Positions 63,290-64,000 of a stretch of 64,000 nucleotides of DNA are shown in pieces. The stretch's first letter is position 1. Every line of letters starts with the position of its first letter. Below the pieces are notes generated by a model. The model made no database searches and was not told the DNA's origin. It worked only from the letters and a program-made list of their open reading frames with translations. A program made the translations under genes and the position numbers. The stretch comes from Hypanus sabinus (taxonomy: Eukaryota), in contig NC_082717.1 of the NCBI RefSeq assembly GCF_030144855.1, positions 4,898,001 to 4,962,000 on the forward strand, read 5' to 3'.

Positions 63290-63870
63290 GAATTTACTGG
63301 GTGTTATCACACTTGAAGTATTGTGAGCAGTTTTGGGCTCCTTATTTTAGAAAGGATATGCTGACATTGGAGAGGTGTCAGAGAAGATTCACAAGAATGA
63401 TTTCAGGAATGAAAGGGTTACCGTGTGAGAAAAGTCTGGCAGCTCTTGGGCTGTAATCCCTGGAGTTCAGGGGAATGAGGGAAGGATCTCATAGAGACAT
63501 TTGGAATGTTAAATGCCTGATCAGATTAGATGTGGCAAATTTATTTCCCATGGTAGGGGATTCTAGGACAAGAGGGCATGACTTCCGGATTGAAGGACAT
63601 CCTGCTAGAACTGAGATGCGAAGAAACTGCTTATGTCGGGGAGTGGTAAATATGTGGAATTTGTTGCCACAAGTGGCTGTGAAGGCCAAGTCATTGGGTA
63701 TATTTAAGACAGAGGTTGATAGGTTCTTGATTAGCCAGCATATCAAAGTGTATGGGGTAAAAGCAGGGGAATGGGGATAACTGGAATAATTGGATCACCC
63801 CATGATTGAATTGCAGAGCAGACTCCATGGACCAGATGGCCTACTTCTGCTCCTATATCTTATGGTCTTA
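63290..63870 (+). mobile_element. CR1 3' fragment
   Basis: [31 protein letters not shown]; ends with gcctacttctgctcctatatcttatggtctta. Confidence 0.85.
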
Positions 63871-64000
63871 AGAATGTAGAGAAATCACTGTTCTAGCCAT
63901 CAGTTTGGAGTCTGCCCAGATGGAATGAGGTGTTTCTCCTTCAAACTGAGAGTGGCCTCATTATTGTAGTAAAGACGGCCATGAATCAACATGTTGGAAT

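Overview
Vertebrate genomic DNA. The repeat landscape (dense CR1 LINEs, Penelope-like elements, V-SINE, Gypsy LTR elements) suggests a cartilaginous fish, probably a ray; this is inference. Most of the window is transposon-derived, often nested: CR1 and L2/Rex-type LINE fragments, Penelope pieces, an ERV pol remnant, three Gypsy elements (one Gmr1-like, with integrase before RT), solo LTRs with intact TSDs, a Harbinger-like MITE, minisatellites and two N gaps. The only host gene I can support lies on the + strand at 53.6-62.7 kb. It is a spliced, non-rearranging antigen-receptor-like membrane protein: leader exon (53657-53708), VJ-type Ig domain exon (58019-58381), second VJ-type exon (60948-61291, with a 1-bp frameshift), TM exon (62352-62471) and cytoplasmic exon with a YEN motif (62637-62710). 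The last exon(s) are not identified. Further leader-like exons (11384 intact, 27850 decayed) and a duplicated leader/intron block suggest a decaying multigene cluster. A 24-bp minisatellite appears to have been amplified from the leader exon's 3' end and splice donor. All splice models were read by eye, and repeat boundaries without a TSD are approximate.
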